Origin: the human T2T-CHM13v2.0 reference genome, Homo sapiens
Assembly (NCBI RefSeq): GCF_009914755.1
Contig: NC_060947.1
DNA length: 64,000 nucleotides
Reading direction: 5' to 3' (one strand)
Of this stretch, positions 41,191-56,711 are shown one piece after another. The translations under genes and the position numbers were made by a program. How positions within the stretch are numbered: the stretch's first letter is position 1; each line of letters starts with the position of its first letter. Under the pieces are notes generated by a model. It saw only the letters and a list, made by a program, of their open reading frames with translations, was not told where the DNA came from and made no database searches.

Positions 41191-41653
41191 TGTGGCGAGT
41201 GCTCTCACTGCCCCACCTATATCCCCTTGGCATTTACCATTTCTGTGTGTGTTTGCCTGACATCCAACTGCCAGCACCTGCAACCCCTTGCCTAAGAGGT
41301 TTATCTGGCAATTGGAACAAGTTTGCCCTGGGAAGGCCGGTAGTGCTGGGGAATTAACACTTCCCAGGGAATCGCCTGTAGCCAATGACTGATGGGAGTT
41401 GATGGATAAGTGCCCTGGCTCACACATCCCTTGGCTCTGAGGTATGTGATCTGCACTGTCTTCCACAGTCCCCAGTGGGTTTAAACTCTAATTGCCCACA
41501 GGGATAACTCATTTGACAATGCACACTTCCCATCCCTTCTCTGTCTCAATTTTTCCACTTCATTCTTGGTGTTTTCCAGGATCACTACCTCAATAAATAA
41601 TTTGCACTCGAATCCTTTCCCCAGAGTCTGCTTCTGGGGGAACCCAGACTATC
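41191..41653 (+). mobile_element. LTR16-family ERVL LTR
   Basis: GCCAATGACTGATGGGAG...AATAAATAATTTGCACTCGAATCC...GTCTGCTTCTGGGGGAACCCAGACTA. Confidence 0.75.
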
Positions 41654-41686
41654 AGGGAAGAATATGAGTGGAAGAATGGCCCAAGA

Positions 41687-41890
41687 TAGAGGTCAGCAAA
41701 CTTTTTTTGTAATGAGCCAGATAGTAAATATTTTAGGTTTTGTGGGCCACATATGACTCTCTGTTGCATATTCTTTGTGTGTGTGTTTTTTACAATCTTT
41801 AAGAAATGTAAAAATTATTCTTAGCTTGAGGGCTGTACAAAAACAGACCATGGGCCACATTTGGCCCACAGCCCACAATTTGCTGATTTT
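41687..41890. mobile_element. MER58A-like hAT MITE
   Basis: GGTCAGCAAACTTTTT...GCCAGATAGTAAATATTTTAGG...TTTGGCCCACAGCCCACAATTTGCTGA. Confidence 0.82.
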
Positions 41891-42906
41891 AGGAGAAGAA
41901 TCTATTCTGATAAAGATTTTAGATTCCAAGGGAGATTCTTCTCTAGCTCAGTGCCTAAAATTCTGGTCCTTAATATACATTTAGATTTGTTTTCAGTCTC
42001 CCTTTGGAAGACACGCATTAAAAGAAAGAAGATGAGTAGGGCAAACTAGTGACAAGCAGTTTGAAACATTTAATTAGAAGTTCAAAATTGAAAAAGTCAG
42101 GAAGGGCAAGTTAAGAAAACAGGGCCAGGTACATAGATTGGAATAGCTGGGGCTGATACTGCTCACAGTAGAAGGTAGTATCAGATTCCCCAGGCTTTTC
42201 ATTACTGGGCTGCCATCATTTATTTTAGCAGAGTAACTTTTGGTAAGTCACCTGATTTCTCCAAACCTAAGTTTCTTCATCTGCAAAATGAGGACAATGA
42301 TGATGGTGGTGATAGTGGTAATATATGCCCAATAGGGTTGCTGTGGCATTTGCACAGTACTTGGCCACATAGTAAGCACTTCCCTAGTGCTACAATTGGA
42401 TCAGAGCACCATCATGAAATGTAATTTGGTCATTCATCTCAACATATACGAAGCACTTATTATATGCCAGGAACTGTATACTAGGCTCTAGGGGGCATGA
42501 AAGTGGAGAAGATGGAGAAGAGGGCAGAAGGGCTATTCTTAGTAGAGAGAACAGTAAGAGAAAAAGCTTGGACAAATGTCAAGCATGGGGTGTTTTCATA
42601 GAACATAGAATAGTAGAACATGGCTAGATGGTAAGTTGACAGATGAGGAGGGCTAGGAGGTGAGGAATTCTGGGAAATGAGTCCGGGGCTAAATTTTAAA
42701 AAAGCTCTAAATTATTTCTAAGTCTTTGAAGGTTGAGTTTATACTGTGGTTGATGGGAAGTTACTGGTAGATTTTAAGAAGGGAAGTAAAAAATTCAGGT
42801 GAGTTTTTGATGAGTCTGGCAGAATGGATGCTGTATTGGTGGTGGTTGTCAGGGGAGGTTGGTGGTCTTGGAAGCAGGAAGATTATTTAGGAAGCCATTG
42901 TCTTCT

Positions 42907-43410
42907 GTATCAGTTAGCTTTTGCTGCATGACAAACTACCTCAAAACTTAGTGCTTAAAGCAAAAACTATTTGTTTAGCTCACAATTCTGCATGTTGGCA
43001 ATCTGGGTTGGCTCAGTTGTGTGATTCTTCTGGTCTCAGCTGGGCTCATTCATGCATCTGCAATCAGTGGCTGTATTGCTTGGGAGCTGTCTGGCCTATG
43101 ATGATGTCAGATGTGATGGCTTTTTTCTGCTCCATTTGGTCTTTCATCCTCCAGCAGACTAGCCTGGCCTTGTTCACAAGGCTGAGTTCCAAGAGAGTGA
43201 GTAGAAATGCACAAGATCTCTTTAGGTCTAGGTCCAGAATTGGCACAACATCACTTCTGCTTTATTCTTTTGGCCAACATGTATCACAAAACCAGCTCAG
43301 ATTCAAGGGAAAGCAAATAGAGTTCTTCTCTTAATGGGAGAAACTGCGAAGTCACATTGCAGAAACTGGATACAGAAAGGGGAATAATTGTGGCCATTTT
43401 TGTAAAACAT
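42907..43410 (-). mobile_element. MLT1H-type MaLR LTR within an L2 remnant
   Basis: TGTATCAGTTAGCTTTTGCTGCATGACAAACTACCTCAAAACTTAGTG. Confidence 0.72.
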
Positions 43411-43894
43411 CTCATGCACCATAGTGCAAGCAGAAGATGCTTAAGGCCTTAACTAAAGCAATAGCACATGGGAGTGAAGAAAAGGGGTTCCATTTCAGAG
43501 GGATACTCCTTAATTTCCAGCTTGGGTGGCTAGTTAGTGCTGCCAACCTTTCTAAGACAGGAAATAAGAAGGAAGAATTCAGATTGACAGTAGGAGAATG
43601 TGTGGGAACTAGTTTGGGATGATGGTCAGAGATGCTGCTGGGATAATGAATTCAAGATGTTAAGGAGGCAGGGTCTTCCTTCCCTCCATGGGCCCGATAG
43701 GACTGTCCACATTTCCAGGTTCTTGACTTAGCTCAAGAATGTTGATACCCTGGGTCCATTTCCCCTATAAATCTGTGCTATACATTCCACAGGTAGGTTC
43801 CATTCCACTGAAAGCTTTTCATTTCTCTCTAAAAGACACATTGTCAATTCCCCACAGCTCTATTTAAGAAAGCCTTCCCACCTCCCAGCCTGGT

Positions 43895-44810
43895 TGTTGT
43901 GGTCATCTTTTGCTGTATAAGAAGTTACTCTCACTTGGCTCATGCCTGTAATCCCAGCACTTTGGGAGGCCAAGGCGGGTGGATCACTTTAGTCGAGGAG
44001 TTCAAGACCAGCCTGGGCAACATGGCAAAACCCCATCTCTACAAAAAACACAAAAGTTAGCCAGGCATGGTGGCACATGCCTGTAGTCCCGGCTACTTGG
44101 GAGGCTGAGGTGGAAGGATAGCTTGAGCCTGGGAGGCAGAGGTTGCAGGTTGCAGTGAGCCAAGATTGCACCACTGCATTACTGCCTGGGTGACAGCTCA
44201 AGACTCTGCTCCCTGAAACAATAACAACAACAAAATAAAAAAAAAGAAAGAAAGAAAAAAGAAATTACTCCCAAACTCAGTGACATAAAACAACCACTTA
44301 TTATGCTCATGGATTCTGAGGTCAGGAATTTGGACAGGGCACAGCAGAAGTGGTTTATCTCTGTTACTCAATGGGGCCCCAGTTGGGAGACAGAGGCTAC
44401 TGGTGACTTGACAGCTGGAGGCTAGAATCGTCTGAGAACTTGTTCACTAATATGTGATGTTAGCTGGGGAGATTGGCTAGAATACTTATACATGTCGTCT
44501 CCACATAGCCTGGGCTTCCTTACAATATAGTGGTTCTATTTCAAGGGTGAGCATCCCAAGAAAGAGAACGCCAGGTAGAAGATAGAGTAGCTTTTCGAAT
44601 CTAGTTTTGAAAGTCACACATCACTTCTGCTGAATTCTAGTTGTTGAAGCAGTCATGAAGGCCCACTTGGTTTCAACAGAAGGGAAAACAGACTCTACTT
44701 GTTGATGAGAAGTAACAAGTTTCTGGAAAAGCATGTAGAACTGCTTTTTAATTTTATTAATTTAATTTTGTATTGTTAAGGCAGTTTTCGGAAAATATTA
44801 TCTGCCTTAC
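43895..44810 (-). mobile_element. MLT1F/G-type MaLR LTR interrupted by an Alu
   Basis: LTR resumes after the Alu: CCAAACTCAGTGACATAAAACAACCA...GGTCAGGAATTTGGACAGGGCACAGC. Confidence 0.65.
43936..44258 (+). mobile_element. AluJ-type SINE
   Basis: Alu dimer; TSD AAGAA(G/A)TTACTC. Confidence 0.93.
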
Positions 44811-47072
44811 AGGTCTATTCCCTTTCTCAGTAGAAGATTAGCAACCACTAGATACACTTCTACCTATTTTCTCTCCAGCCCCTCATTTTATAGAGTCTTA
44901 TTCCACCTTCTTACCCTTTCCATCCTTTTCTTAAAAAAAGAGGAGTGTTCCTCGGTCTCTCCAGGGTCCACTCTCCAATACACTCCCATGATACACCACT
45001 CCTTACTCCAACCTGCCTGGAAATTTTGTCTTCCTGTATCTTCCTCACTCTCACCACTGAATCTTTACCCTCATCTCATAAGCCTTTTCACATCTTCCCC
45101 ATCTTCTGAAGCCCCTTCCTGGGAGCTTGCTGCCTCCTAAGGTAATGTCTTGGCCCTTGTTTTCCACTTAGCATTTAATTTTTTTTTTTAATGTGTCTAT
45201 ACTTGCTTCCATTACGTCTTCACTATGAACCTTTTTCTTAGTCCTTTGAAACACGGCACATCTTCCCTTTTAAATCCGTTGTCCCTGTTCTCTTACAATT
45301 TACCAGTGTAATCTTAAATTTAAGTTTCATAGCCATTTCTTAATTCATATAATCTTTATTCTCTCTGAAGTGTTAATCAATGTTGACTGTGCCTTTCGTT
45401 TTGAAACTCTCCCTTGGCCACTATGATGTAAAACCTGTAAATTCTCCTACTTCTCTGTTCCTTTTCTGACTCTACTTTCTATTCTCAACAGTTTAAGGCA
45501 GATGTCCTCAAAGATGTTTCCCTTGTACATTTTTAGGGGGTCTCTGAGTTGTCCTCATGGCTTCAGAGCAACCTCCCTATTGTGAGGATGACTTTCAACT
45601 CTTTGTCCCAGCCCTGACTTTACCCCTGAACCTTTAATTGTCAATTACTTTCTTAACAATATGTCCAAAGCTTCCCTCCAAATCTGCTTTCTTTTCTCTA
45701 CTTCCTGTTGGAACCTATTGTGAGGACTGCTAACAGTTTTACATGTTCATTCTCACTTCTTTCTTTTAGTAAAAGGATCCCCTGAATTTTAACAGAAATA
45801 TGCCTGCCCAGCCCCCCTTGCAGCTGGATAGGTTTATGTGATTAAGTTTGGTTCAGTGGGACATGAGCTGAAGTGATATGTGCAACTTCCAGGTCATCTC
45901 CTTAAAGAGAGTGCCTCTAGCCCTGGAACTTTTCTTTCTTCCTTACACCGCATAGATAAGAACAAAACCCTAAGGGAATGGCAGATCCACAAAATGGAAG
46001 GAACCTAGATGCCTGAATAATTTCTAACATTGGCCTTATCAGTAATACATATGATATTTTGGCCTGCATAGGCTGACTCTTTTGTCTTATTTCCCATTTG
46101 GTTTGGAACTCAGAGAAGGGAGAGTGCACTATTTATTGGTCCCTGACACTCTCAACACTTGCTAAGAGCTCCAAATGGTGTGTCCTTCTCTCTCTATATT
46201 TCCTTTCCTTCCCTTCCTTTGCTTCTCATTTCCCTTCTCTTTCCTTCTTCTTTCACAAAAGCTGAGAGATGGGAGGGGTTGCTCTGGATTTCAGGGGATA
46301 TGAGAGCATTAAATCATCTCAGGATCTTTACACAAGTGTTGGAGCTAAAGTTGGAGTGGTTGGAACCAAATTCAAATTTCACCTTTTGGGCGAAGCCTTC
46401 TCAGCCTCCTCTGGAGTATTTATTTATTTATTTATTTTATGTTCTCTGAGTTCTCAGAGCACTTGGTTGCAATCTCTGCTTTGGTACTTGCCTCCTATTA
46501 CTATAATTTAGCTGTTTCCACCCCTGGACTGTGCTGTCCTCAAAGGGAATGATCATTCTAGGCTTATCTTTGTATTCTCACTGCCTATCACGGTGCCTGG
46601 TAAAAAGTACATGCGCAATAATCATTTGTCAAATGAAAAAATGAAGGACAGGTGGTAGATGTTCAATAAATGCCTGTTTTTTATAGAATGCAATAGTTAC
46701 CGTTTATTGGATTCTTTCTATATGCCACACACATTTATATATGTTAGGGTCTAATACAGCACTTAGTAGCTTGTATTATGGTCACCCCTTTTTACAGATA
46801 TGGAAACAGGGGATCACAGAAGTTAAGAAACAACTAAGGTTGCCCAGCTGGTGAATGGCTAAGCTAGTATCTGAACCCATGTCTTTATGACTATAAAGCT
46901 TTTCTTCTCTTCGCAGCATCACACTGAATCTCATTTATAAGGCAGATTTATGTAGTTATATTCCTTGAGGCCTTGCAAAATGAGATCAATACAGGACCCA
47001 GGGAAATAGTTATCATTTTTTTGTCATCCTTTTCCCACTTCCCTTGCCAACCACCATTTATTGAGAATCTAC

Positions 47073-47569
47073 TGTTGGGAGATTATTCCTCATGAGTCTC
47101 TTATACATCTGTGCATCTTGCAAGCAGATTCACTGCTCTTGATTCTGGACTACCTTTTCAAGGATGCCTTGGAAGACATAGTGCCTCCCTCCAGAGCAAA
47201 GGACCAATACCCTTACCATCTAGTATAATAAAGGCAATGGCTCCTTCTGGAGCAAAAGGAAAAAATGTGTACTGTCCATTGTAAAAGATTCAGGTTTTCT
47301 AAGCTCAGGGTTTCTCTCCTGTAATAGAACCCACTTGCATATGCAAGTATCACCTGGCCCTCTTTGGATCATCCTGTGGGAATTGGGGCTTGGAAAACTG
47401 ATGCAAAAACTGCTGATAATCTGTCTATGATTATTCTGTGAGTAATAAGCTATCCTTCATTTCTGACCCCGGTGTCTCATGTCTTCTACCAGCATCCATA
47501 AAACTGTGACAGGCTAGCTTGTTAGTTTGCAAGTAGCGTTGAATCTTAGACCCTTTGCAGTTCTTCACA
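47073..47569 (+). mobile_element. LTR40-like ERVL solo LTR inserted in a MIR
   Basis: TG...CA termini, TSD TCTAC/CCTAC; MIR continues at 47570-47760. Confidence 0.75.
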
Positions 47570-49329
47570 CCTACTTTGGGCCAGGTGCTTTCACATACAG
47601 TGTATCTCATCTTCACAATAACCCTTTGATGAAGGTGTGAATAGCCCCATTTTCTAGAGGAGGAAACAGATTCCAAGAGGTTTAGAAATGTGCCCAAGTA
47701 AGTGGCAGGAGTTGGATTTGAACTCAGAATTATATGTTTCCAAAGCTGTGTTTTTTCCACAGTTCTGTAGAAATTCTGTGGCCATAGCTCCTCTTTGCTT
47801 CAGGGAAAGAATGAGGCTTGGTTAGGTTACTTACACTGATCAGTGTTCTAAAGAGTGTCCTAAAGAGTAGAGGACAAAGCCATTGCACGAACAGCCTTCT
47901 ACTTGACTTGTGAAATCTTTGGAAATTCAGAGCTATTTGAAACAAAAATCTAACTCCCCACTATATTTCATCTCTCTGTGGCTTTTTACATATATATTCT
48001 CTGTTATTGCAAAGCTCTACATGGAATTTGAGATTCTGACAGTTGGTGATTTTTCTCAAGGAAGAGAAACATTAAGACATTTGTTCTTAGAAAAATAAAT
48101 CAGTGTATGTGACATGCGTACCCACATGTATATACAATGGAGCAATCTATTCAGAATTTATTTTTATATAGAGGACTGCTGTTATGCAAATATACAGACC
48201 CACTCTATATTTTAAAGACATTTTCTATATAGAGAACGAGGGATGGCGGAAAGGGGAAGGAGACAGAAAGACACTGAAGATTGCATGGACACACTAAATA
48301 AGTCTACCTTCCTTAGGCTCTTTTAGACATCTTTGGAATAAAGGTAGTATGATGGTTTGAAAGCATATTCAATATTTTAACTCAACCTCTAGAGGTAGAG
48401 CTCTAAATGCTAATGGGTATCTGTTGTGACTTCTTGAGGTCCACATTACTGTAACTCCACAATAGCATCAGGGCCCCTTTGTTTAAGAAACTGAGTAAAA
48501 ATAGCAACAACACCGGACTCTCTATGCCCCAAATCTAGTTTTAAAACCGGCTTAAAATGACTTCCTTCCAGTATTTGCTGATGAAAGATCAGATTAACAT
48601 TGATGGCATATCTTGCTGTCCTCTACTCCACACTCCGGGATGTGGGCCCAAGTGTTAGGAAAATGAAAGAAAGATCAGGGGCGCATCAACCTCAGACCTA
48701 AGCCTCGAACACAAAAACAACTGCCGATGCCTCCACATGCTTTTCCACCCACCTCCAGCTCCCAGACTCAAGTCTGATTTCACCATGTTCACCAGAGCAG
48801 CCCCCATTCCTGGTTTCATTAGCATAACTGTGGCTGCGAGAGCACATGGCAAAGATTATAGTTTCCATGACCTCACTGATTCTGGAAAGCACACTGATAT
48901 TTCAGAAAATATACGTATTCTTTCCTTCTGAGATTAAGAACAAATCTAATAATGCATACAGGATGCCTCCTCTGAGCCTTCTCCTCTTACCACTCCCTCA
49001 TTCCCCCAAGTACAGATTCTCTTATTCCTTTTCACACAACCAAATTCAGGAATCCATTTAAAAGAATTCAGGGTTAAGAAGTACAGACATGGGCCACTTA
49101 TCAAAACTCTAACCAATAGATGTGGTCCAATGTCTCCTGCATACCTCTTTTTGGAAATGACTGTGCAATGCCTAACCTAAAATATATAGTACTTGCATAA
49201 CCTTCCCCCAACAAACCCAGTTGGACAAGTAGGTAATTTTTTTCTCCATATAATTGCCCTCTTGGTGAGCTGCTGTAGTGGGAAGCAGCAAAAAGAGCTC
49301 CTTTTTAGCAGACTCTGCTGGTTCTCTGT

Positions 49330-49765
49330 CCATATCCCGTGAGCTCTTAGCATTTCAGAGTGCTCCCACTGACTTCCAAGTGGCAGCATCTACATCTCTA
49401 TGCTTGATGGCTTTTTATGGAACAGCAGAAACCACTCTGTACCTATATGTGGCAGGTTTGAAGCACCAAGGAATTAACACTGCTGGGAGTAGCCTTCAAT
49501 GACTTTGCTGTTAGTGTATAACACCTCAGTTCCCTTTCCCTTCATGTGGGATAAATTTGAGACCTGTGTTTTTCACCATTTTCCAGAGCTTCCCCATGGG
49601 ATTAATTTCAATTACCTATTGTGAGCAGAAGGCTTGATAATGTACGCCTTATCCGATGCCTTGCCTTCTCTGAATTAACTTCCCACTTTCCTACACGTGT
49701 TCTCAACACCTCCCAAATAAACTATGTGCTCGCTCTGAATTCTTCACAGAACTCAAACTATGATA
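49330..49765 (+). mobile_element. LTR16/33-like old ERVL LTR
   Basis: GGAATTAACAC...CCAGAGCTTCCCCATGGGATTAA...CACCTCCCAAATAAACTATGTGC. Confidence 0.55.
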
Positions 49766-50046
49766 ACTGCTAAAGGTTATATAAGATCACTGAAGAAGTT
49801 CCATTAACCCGTAAGCTGAAAGTGCAAGGAAGCATGGGGAAATGATTCTGCTACTCTTTAGAGGCTCCAGCAGAAGTGAAAACTCTGGCAATTAAGTTGC
49901 ATGTGAACAAATGCATTAATTTTAGCTTCTGTTGGTCAATTATCCTCAAAACAACTCAAGCAGCCCCCTCGAGTTTGGTCATTTTTAAATGCTTGCTCAC
50001 CAGTCAGTCTTCTTGCCACACTGTCATCTCTCCAAGTGGATAAAGT

Positions 50047-50733
50047 TGAAACCACCTTTGCAAAAATTATAACAGAAAATTATGGCAGTGAAAGAGATCT
50101 GATCTAATCAACTCCATGTTGCCTTTAATCTCCAAACTGTCCTTGGTCATTCCTGGGTGTGGGCAAAGCTAACTTTGGGAGAAATTTAATTTATAGTTTA
50201 AATGATGATAGCCCTTCCCAAAAACTAAATCGCCCTTATAAAACTAATGCAAGTCCACCAAGTTAGGAGGATGAGAGTGGCCTGAATTCTGCTGGATGTC
50301 ACAAGATCTGCAATTTCCCCAATTACTCCTGTAATTAACATCACTATTGTAGAACCTAAGATTGTTCTTTTGAGATGTCTTTTCAGGCTTTTGCATTTCT
50401 GATGACCTGATGGCCCCACCCTGACCAGTGACTCACTCAGTCCTGTGGCCCCCACCCAGAAGCAGACTCAGTGCACAAGGACCGTTTTCCACACTCCTAT
50501 GATTGCATCCCCAACCAAGCAGCAGGACCCATTGCCTAGCCCCCTGCCCACCAAACTATCTGAAAATCCCTAACCTCCAAATTTTCTGGGGAGACTGATG
50601 TGAGTAATAACTGTGTCTCCCACATGGCATAGCCAGGTTTGCATCAGTTAAACTTTCTTTACTGAAATGCTGTGGTCTCAGTGAATTGATTTTGTCTGTG
50701 CAGCAGGCAGGACGAACCCATCAGGTCATTACA
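50047..50733 (+). mobile_element. LTR8-family ERV1 solo LTR
   Basis: TGAAACCACCTTTGCAAAAATTAT start, ...CATTACA end, 687 bp, perfect 4-bp TSD AAGT. Confidence 0.88.
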
Positions 50734-50770
50734 AAGTCAATATTATTTCTTGATGGAAATAGCCTTTATA

Positions 50771-51166
50771 GGTGAAACTCTGTCTCTACAAAAAAAAGTA
50801 TATATATATATAAAATTAGCTAGGCATGGTGGCAGGTGCCTGTAGTCCAGCTACTCAGGTGTTGGGGTTTGGGGTGCTGAGGTGAGAGAATCACCTGAGC
50901 CCAGGAGGTTGAGGCTGAGGCTGAGGCAGCAGTGATCTGTGATCTTGCCACTACACTTCAGCTTGGGCAACAGAGTGAGACCCTATCTAAAAAAAAAAGA
51001 AAGAAAGAAAGAAGGAAAGAAAAAGAAAGAAAGAAGAAAGAAAGAAAGAAAAAGAAAGAAAGAAAGGAAGAGGGAGGAAGGGAGGGAAGGAAGGAAGGAA
51101 AGAAAGAAAAAAAGAAAGAAGGGAGGGAGGGAGGGAGGAAAGAAAAGAAAAAGAAAAAGAAAAAGA
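50771..51166 (+). mobile_element. 5'-truncated AluJ-type element with tail expanded to (GAAA)/(GGAA) repeat
   Basis: TSD AAATAGCCTTTATA at 50757-50770 and 51167-51180; starts mid left arm (GGTGAAACTCTGTCTCTAC). Confidence 0.88.
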
Positions 51167-51826
51167 AAATAGCCTTTATATATCAGGGGATTGGGGTTTC
51201 TATCCCAACTCACTCATTTGTGGTGTATTGGCAAGTTTTCAAATTCTTTTGAGCTTCAGTTCACTCGTCTCTAAATCTCTAAATTCAAGGCAAAAATGTC
51301 CATTACATTAGGTCATTCATTTAACAAGTATTTTTTGAGCACGTACTAGTTACCAGTTTTGTGCTAACTCCCTGGGGATATAGTCATAAATGGCTATCAT
51401 TTCTTCCCTCAGGACACTCACAGCACAGATGTTGTGGACTCTGGAAGCAGACAGCTACTTTCACTAACTCCATGACTTCACTACACCTTTGTTTTTTTCT
51501 TTGTAAAGTGGGACCAATTTTCTCACAGGGTTGTGAGAATTAAAATCTATGATCAAGACAAAGCACATAGGAAATGTTTAATTAGTGGGTAAGACATAAG
51601 AAGAGTATAAGAATTGATATTTATTGAGTACTTACAACATGCCAGACATGGCTTAAACATTTTAAAGTTATAAACTCATTTAGGCCATCCAAGAACCCTC
51701 AGAGGTGGAGGTTATTCTTTACTATTTTTGTCATCCCCATTTTAGGAATAAAGAAGTGCAGAAAGGCCAGGTAACTTTTCAAAGATCATCTAGCTAATAT
51801 ACAGAGACAGGATTTGAACCCAGGCG

Positions 51827-52785
<959 letters not shown>

Positions 52786-52856
52786 GGTGGTCTAGATGCA
52801 GAATCCATACTTTTAAACTCACACCCTTGCTTCTCAAGGTGTGGTCCTTGGAGGAG

Positions 52857-53271
52857 TGTATTAGTCTGTTCTTGCATTGTTATAAAGTAATACGTGAGAC
52901 TGGGTAATTTATAAAGAAAGAGGTTTAACTAGCTCATGGTTCCACCAGCTGTACAGGAAGCATGATGGTAGCATCTGCTCAACTTCTGGGGAGGCCTCAG
53001 GAAGCTTACAATCATGGCAAAAACCGAAGAGGAAGCAGGCACATCTTACATGGCCAGAGCAGGAGGAAAAGAGTGAGGGGAGGTGCTATACAGTTTTAAA
53101 ACAACCAGGTCTTGTGAGAACTCTGTCACTAGAACAGCACCAAGGAGATGGGGCTAAACCATTAGAAACCACCCCCATGATCTAATCACCTCCCACCAGG
53201 CCCCACCTCCAGCATTGAGGATTACATTTCAACAGGAGATTTGCACAGGGACACAGATTGAAACCATATCA
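52857..53271 (-). mobile_element. MSTA/B MaLR solo LTR inserted in a MER5A (pieces ~52828-52856 and 53272-53385)
   Basis: TGTATTAGTC...AAACCATATCA; TSD AGGAG/AGCAG; MER5A motif GCTTGTTAGAAATGCAGAATCT follows. Confidence 0.86.
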
Positions 53272-54279
53272 AGCAGCTTGTTAGAAATGCAGAATCTTGG
53301 GCCCACCCTAGACCTGCTGAATTGGAATCTGCATTTTAATGCGATTCCCCAGGTGAATCATGTGCATATTACAATTAGGCACTGCTGTACACCATGCCAA
53401 TTGGAGTTTGATGAGTTAAGGGCTTCATTGGAATTATGTGTAAAGTGCTATTAGGGCAAAAGTCCAGGAAGGCCTGGACTGAAATTAATTCAGTAAATTA
53501 GAATGTATTTTGTCTGAAAGTCATTGGTTAGTAGGTGCTCAATAAACACTAAAACACACACATGCCACCATTGTGAACATGAGCATGGGCCAGTGACTTG
53601 TGAAGGCCCAGCTTTTTCCCTGACTACAGCTGCCTCAAAGATACCACTGGCCTTAACTCAATCTGCATTTATCATTGGCCATTAGGCATTATTGCTGACA
53701 GCCGTGTTCTCTTATACCTTGATGGCTCAGGAAGCAATTTGCATAGGCACGATTGTTTTGTTTTTTTAGCTTCTTTGTTGTCATGGTTACTCAGTTTATT
53801 TGCATCTTCAAGCCTCTTTCACATTAACCTGAAAGCCACTCAGAGGGTCTCCTTCAAGGAGGGGGAAATCATACAGGAAGGGTGAAGCAGAGTCTTAAAT
53901 CCCAAGTGTCTGGGTGATGGTTTTTAAATTCAGGCATCTCTAAAATAGAAATAATTTTTAAGATTCTGCCAGAAATCACAATTCATCTGGAGTCCTCATC
54001 TTCAGATCTGGTGTTGGAGCTCTGTATCTTGTATGTGCATGTCTCAGTGGCAGAGAATGTGTCCTGAAGCAGAAAAAAAGTCATAATGTTACTCAGTGCA
54101 AAGACTATAGAGAGAAGGTACATTTCTCAAGGCAATTTCACTCTTCCAATTGCTCAGGAAAAAAAAAAGGTTACCTTCTTAAGCCTTTATCTTTGATGAT
54201 ATCAGTCATAAAAGAAACCCAAGGCTCCTTGGTCATCCCTCACCTACTTACTCTAGTCCCCAGATGATTTTATGCATCT

Positions 54280-54738
54280 GTTTTAGTCATCTCCTGTACC
54301 CAAACCACTCAAAACCATAATGGCTTAAAACACCAACCATTTTCTCCCTCATGATGCAGTGGGTTGAATGGGTTCAGCTGGATGGTTCTTTTGCTCATGT
54401 TATCAGCTGGGCCAGCTATCATCTGAGTGCTTGATTGGACTAGAATGTCCAAGATGGCTACTCACATGACTAGCAGTTGATGCAGGCTTCTGGTGGAAAG
54501 CTCTAGGAGGCAGTTGGTCAGATTTTTTTGGTTCCCCTCCTTGTGGCCTCTCCAAATGGCTTGGGTCACTAACGGTATAGTAGCTGAGTCTCAAAAGGAA
54601 GTATTACAAGGAAAGAAGTACTCTATTGGCTGAGAGACTGCATTGATTCAAGGGGAGAGGAAATAGGCTCTCTGCTTCCTGAGGAGCACATTAGAAGGGC
54701 AGGACTTGTTGGGGAATCCTTGGAGACTAGCTTACATA
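54280..54738 (-). mobile_element. MLT1F/G-type MaLR LTR
   Basis: AATGGCTTAAAACACCAACCATT...TCCAAGATGGCTACTCACATGACTAGCAGTTGATGC. Confidence 0.65.
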
Positions 54739-56113
54739 ATCCCCCTTCATGACTTTTTTTGTTTACCTTTCCTCAACTCAAACTTTGCTACTATGCCCTC
54801 TGCCTTTGAAATTCTTATTCAGTCATCAACAAAGTTCCCTCTAGCCTAAGTCTCTTCTTTGAATGTTTCCTTTATTTTCTTGCTGTACATGAAACCTGAC
54901 ATTTTCCTGAGGACAGAGCTTTTCCTGCCACCCTCTGAGGTGATGGCTATTTTCTCTCCTATGCTCCTCATATTCCTGAACTGGAAAGTGGGATGGATGC
55001 CTTTCCTTGCTGTTCATTTCCCAAGACTACTGGGAAATACCATTGTTCCCAAGACTATTCTCCCTCCACACTAATGCCATCCCTCTCCCTATCTTTGAAT
55101 CTTAGGTTGTTGGATTATACCACCCACTGCTCTTCTTGGTTACCGTCATTGGCCAACCCTATGTCACTCTCTCTCTCTTCTTCCTCTGAGATTTTAGACC
55201 TCCCTCATTGTCAGTTTCTCTAATACTGCTCTTGTCATGATTCTTGGGGATTTCCATACCATGTCAATAACCCTTCCAATATTCTGCCTCTCTGTACCTT
55301 GACTTTCCTTCCTCCAGTGATTTTGTCTCTTGCCACTGCAGCTGCACACCCCCATAGTCATACCCAGGAATTATTTCCAATTCCTTTGCCTCCTCCATAA
55401 TTTCTGTTCTCCCAAGGCATCCAATCCAAGCAATTGTTTTGATTCTGTAAAATGTAGAGCTGAGCCATGACAAAATTACCCACAATACTCTTAATGCTTT
55501 TGGACAAATAGCAGAATGGTTTTAGCCAGTTTATTTAAGAGCTGCTTGACAGAGATGAGCAAGCATTCACCAGTTGAATTTCATGCTCAACACTGAAATG
55601 AAGAGATCTGCTCAATCTACTGACACATAACATAGTGTGTGCATAATGCAGTGGTGATCATGCTGCATTTAGAGTCAGAAGAGCCAAGTTTAAGTTCGAT
55701 GTTTGTTGGGCATTGTGATTCATTGAGCAGTTCGCTTAATTCCTGTAAGCATCAGTTTCCTTGTACAAAACTACTACAAGACATTCAGCTGAGTCCATCT
55801 CATTAGATTCTTTTGAGGATTAAAATAATATATGTGATGTTCATCTCTAAACTGTCAAGGACCTTACAATGTTATTTTTTAATGCGAATTTATACCAGAT
55901 TTTGGTCTGAAGAATAGCATGATAGCCAGAGTTTTAACAAAAATGCCCTCATTTTTAGAATAAATAAAGGTATATTTGAAAGGTTTTCCAAGGAGAGTTG
56001 ATTGTTAGAAGCTGTTTATTTCTGATGTGTTTTGATACCTGTTCCTAATGTCCAGCAATGCAACTTCTGCTTGTTTTGGGGAAGCTCGTTTTGTGACAAA
56101 GAACAGTTTTTAG

Positions 56114-56414
<301 letters not shown>

Positions 56415-56711
56415 GGTTTTTTAAAGCTTTATTATATTATTTCTTTCAAATTAATATTAAGGGTTATTATATGCCCTGCACTAAGTGTTGGGGATATACT
56501 GGTGGGTACAATAGGTGCAATGCCTCCCCTCACAGAACTTTTAGCTGGGCCAATCAACAATCACACAATTGTGTAAAGAGCTGGAAAGAAAATAGGCTCA
56601 GACTAGGAGGGTCCATGTTAGATAGATCTAACTTAGCAGAATGTTGAGAAGGCTTCCCTGAGGAACTAAGATCTGAGGGAAGGTAGAAATCAATTATGTG
56701 AAGAAGAGAGG

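Noticed and set aside
50932-51252. Lys/Glu/Arg-rich ORFs
   Set aside because: Translation of the purine microsatellite
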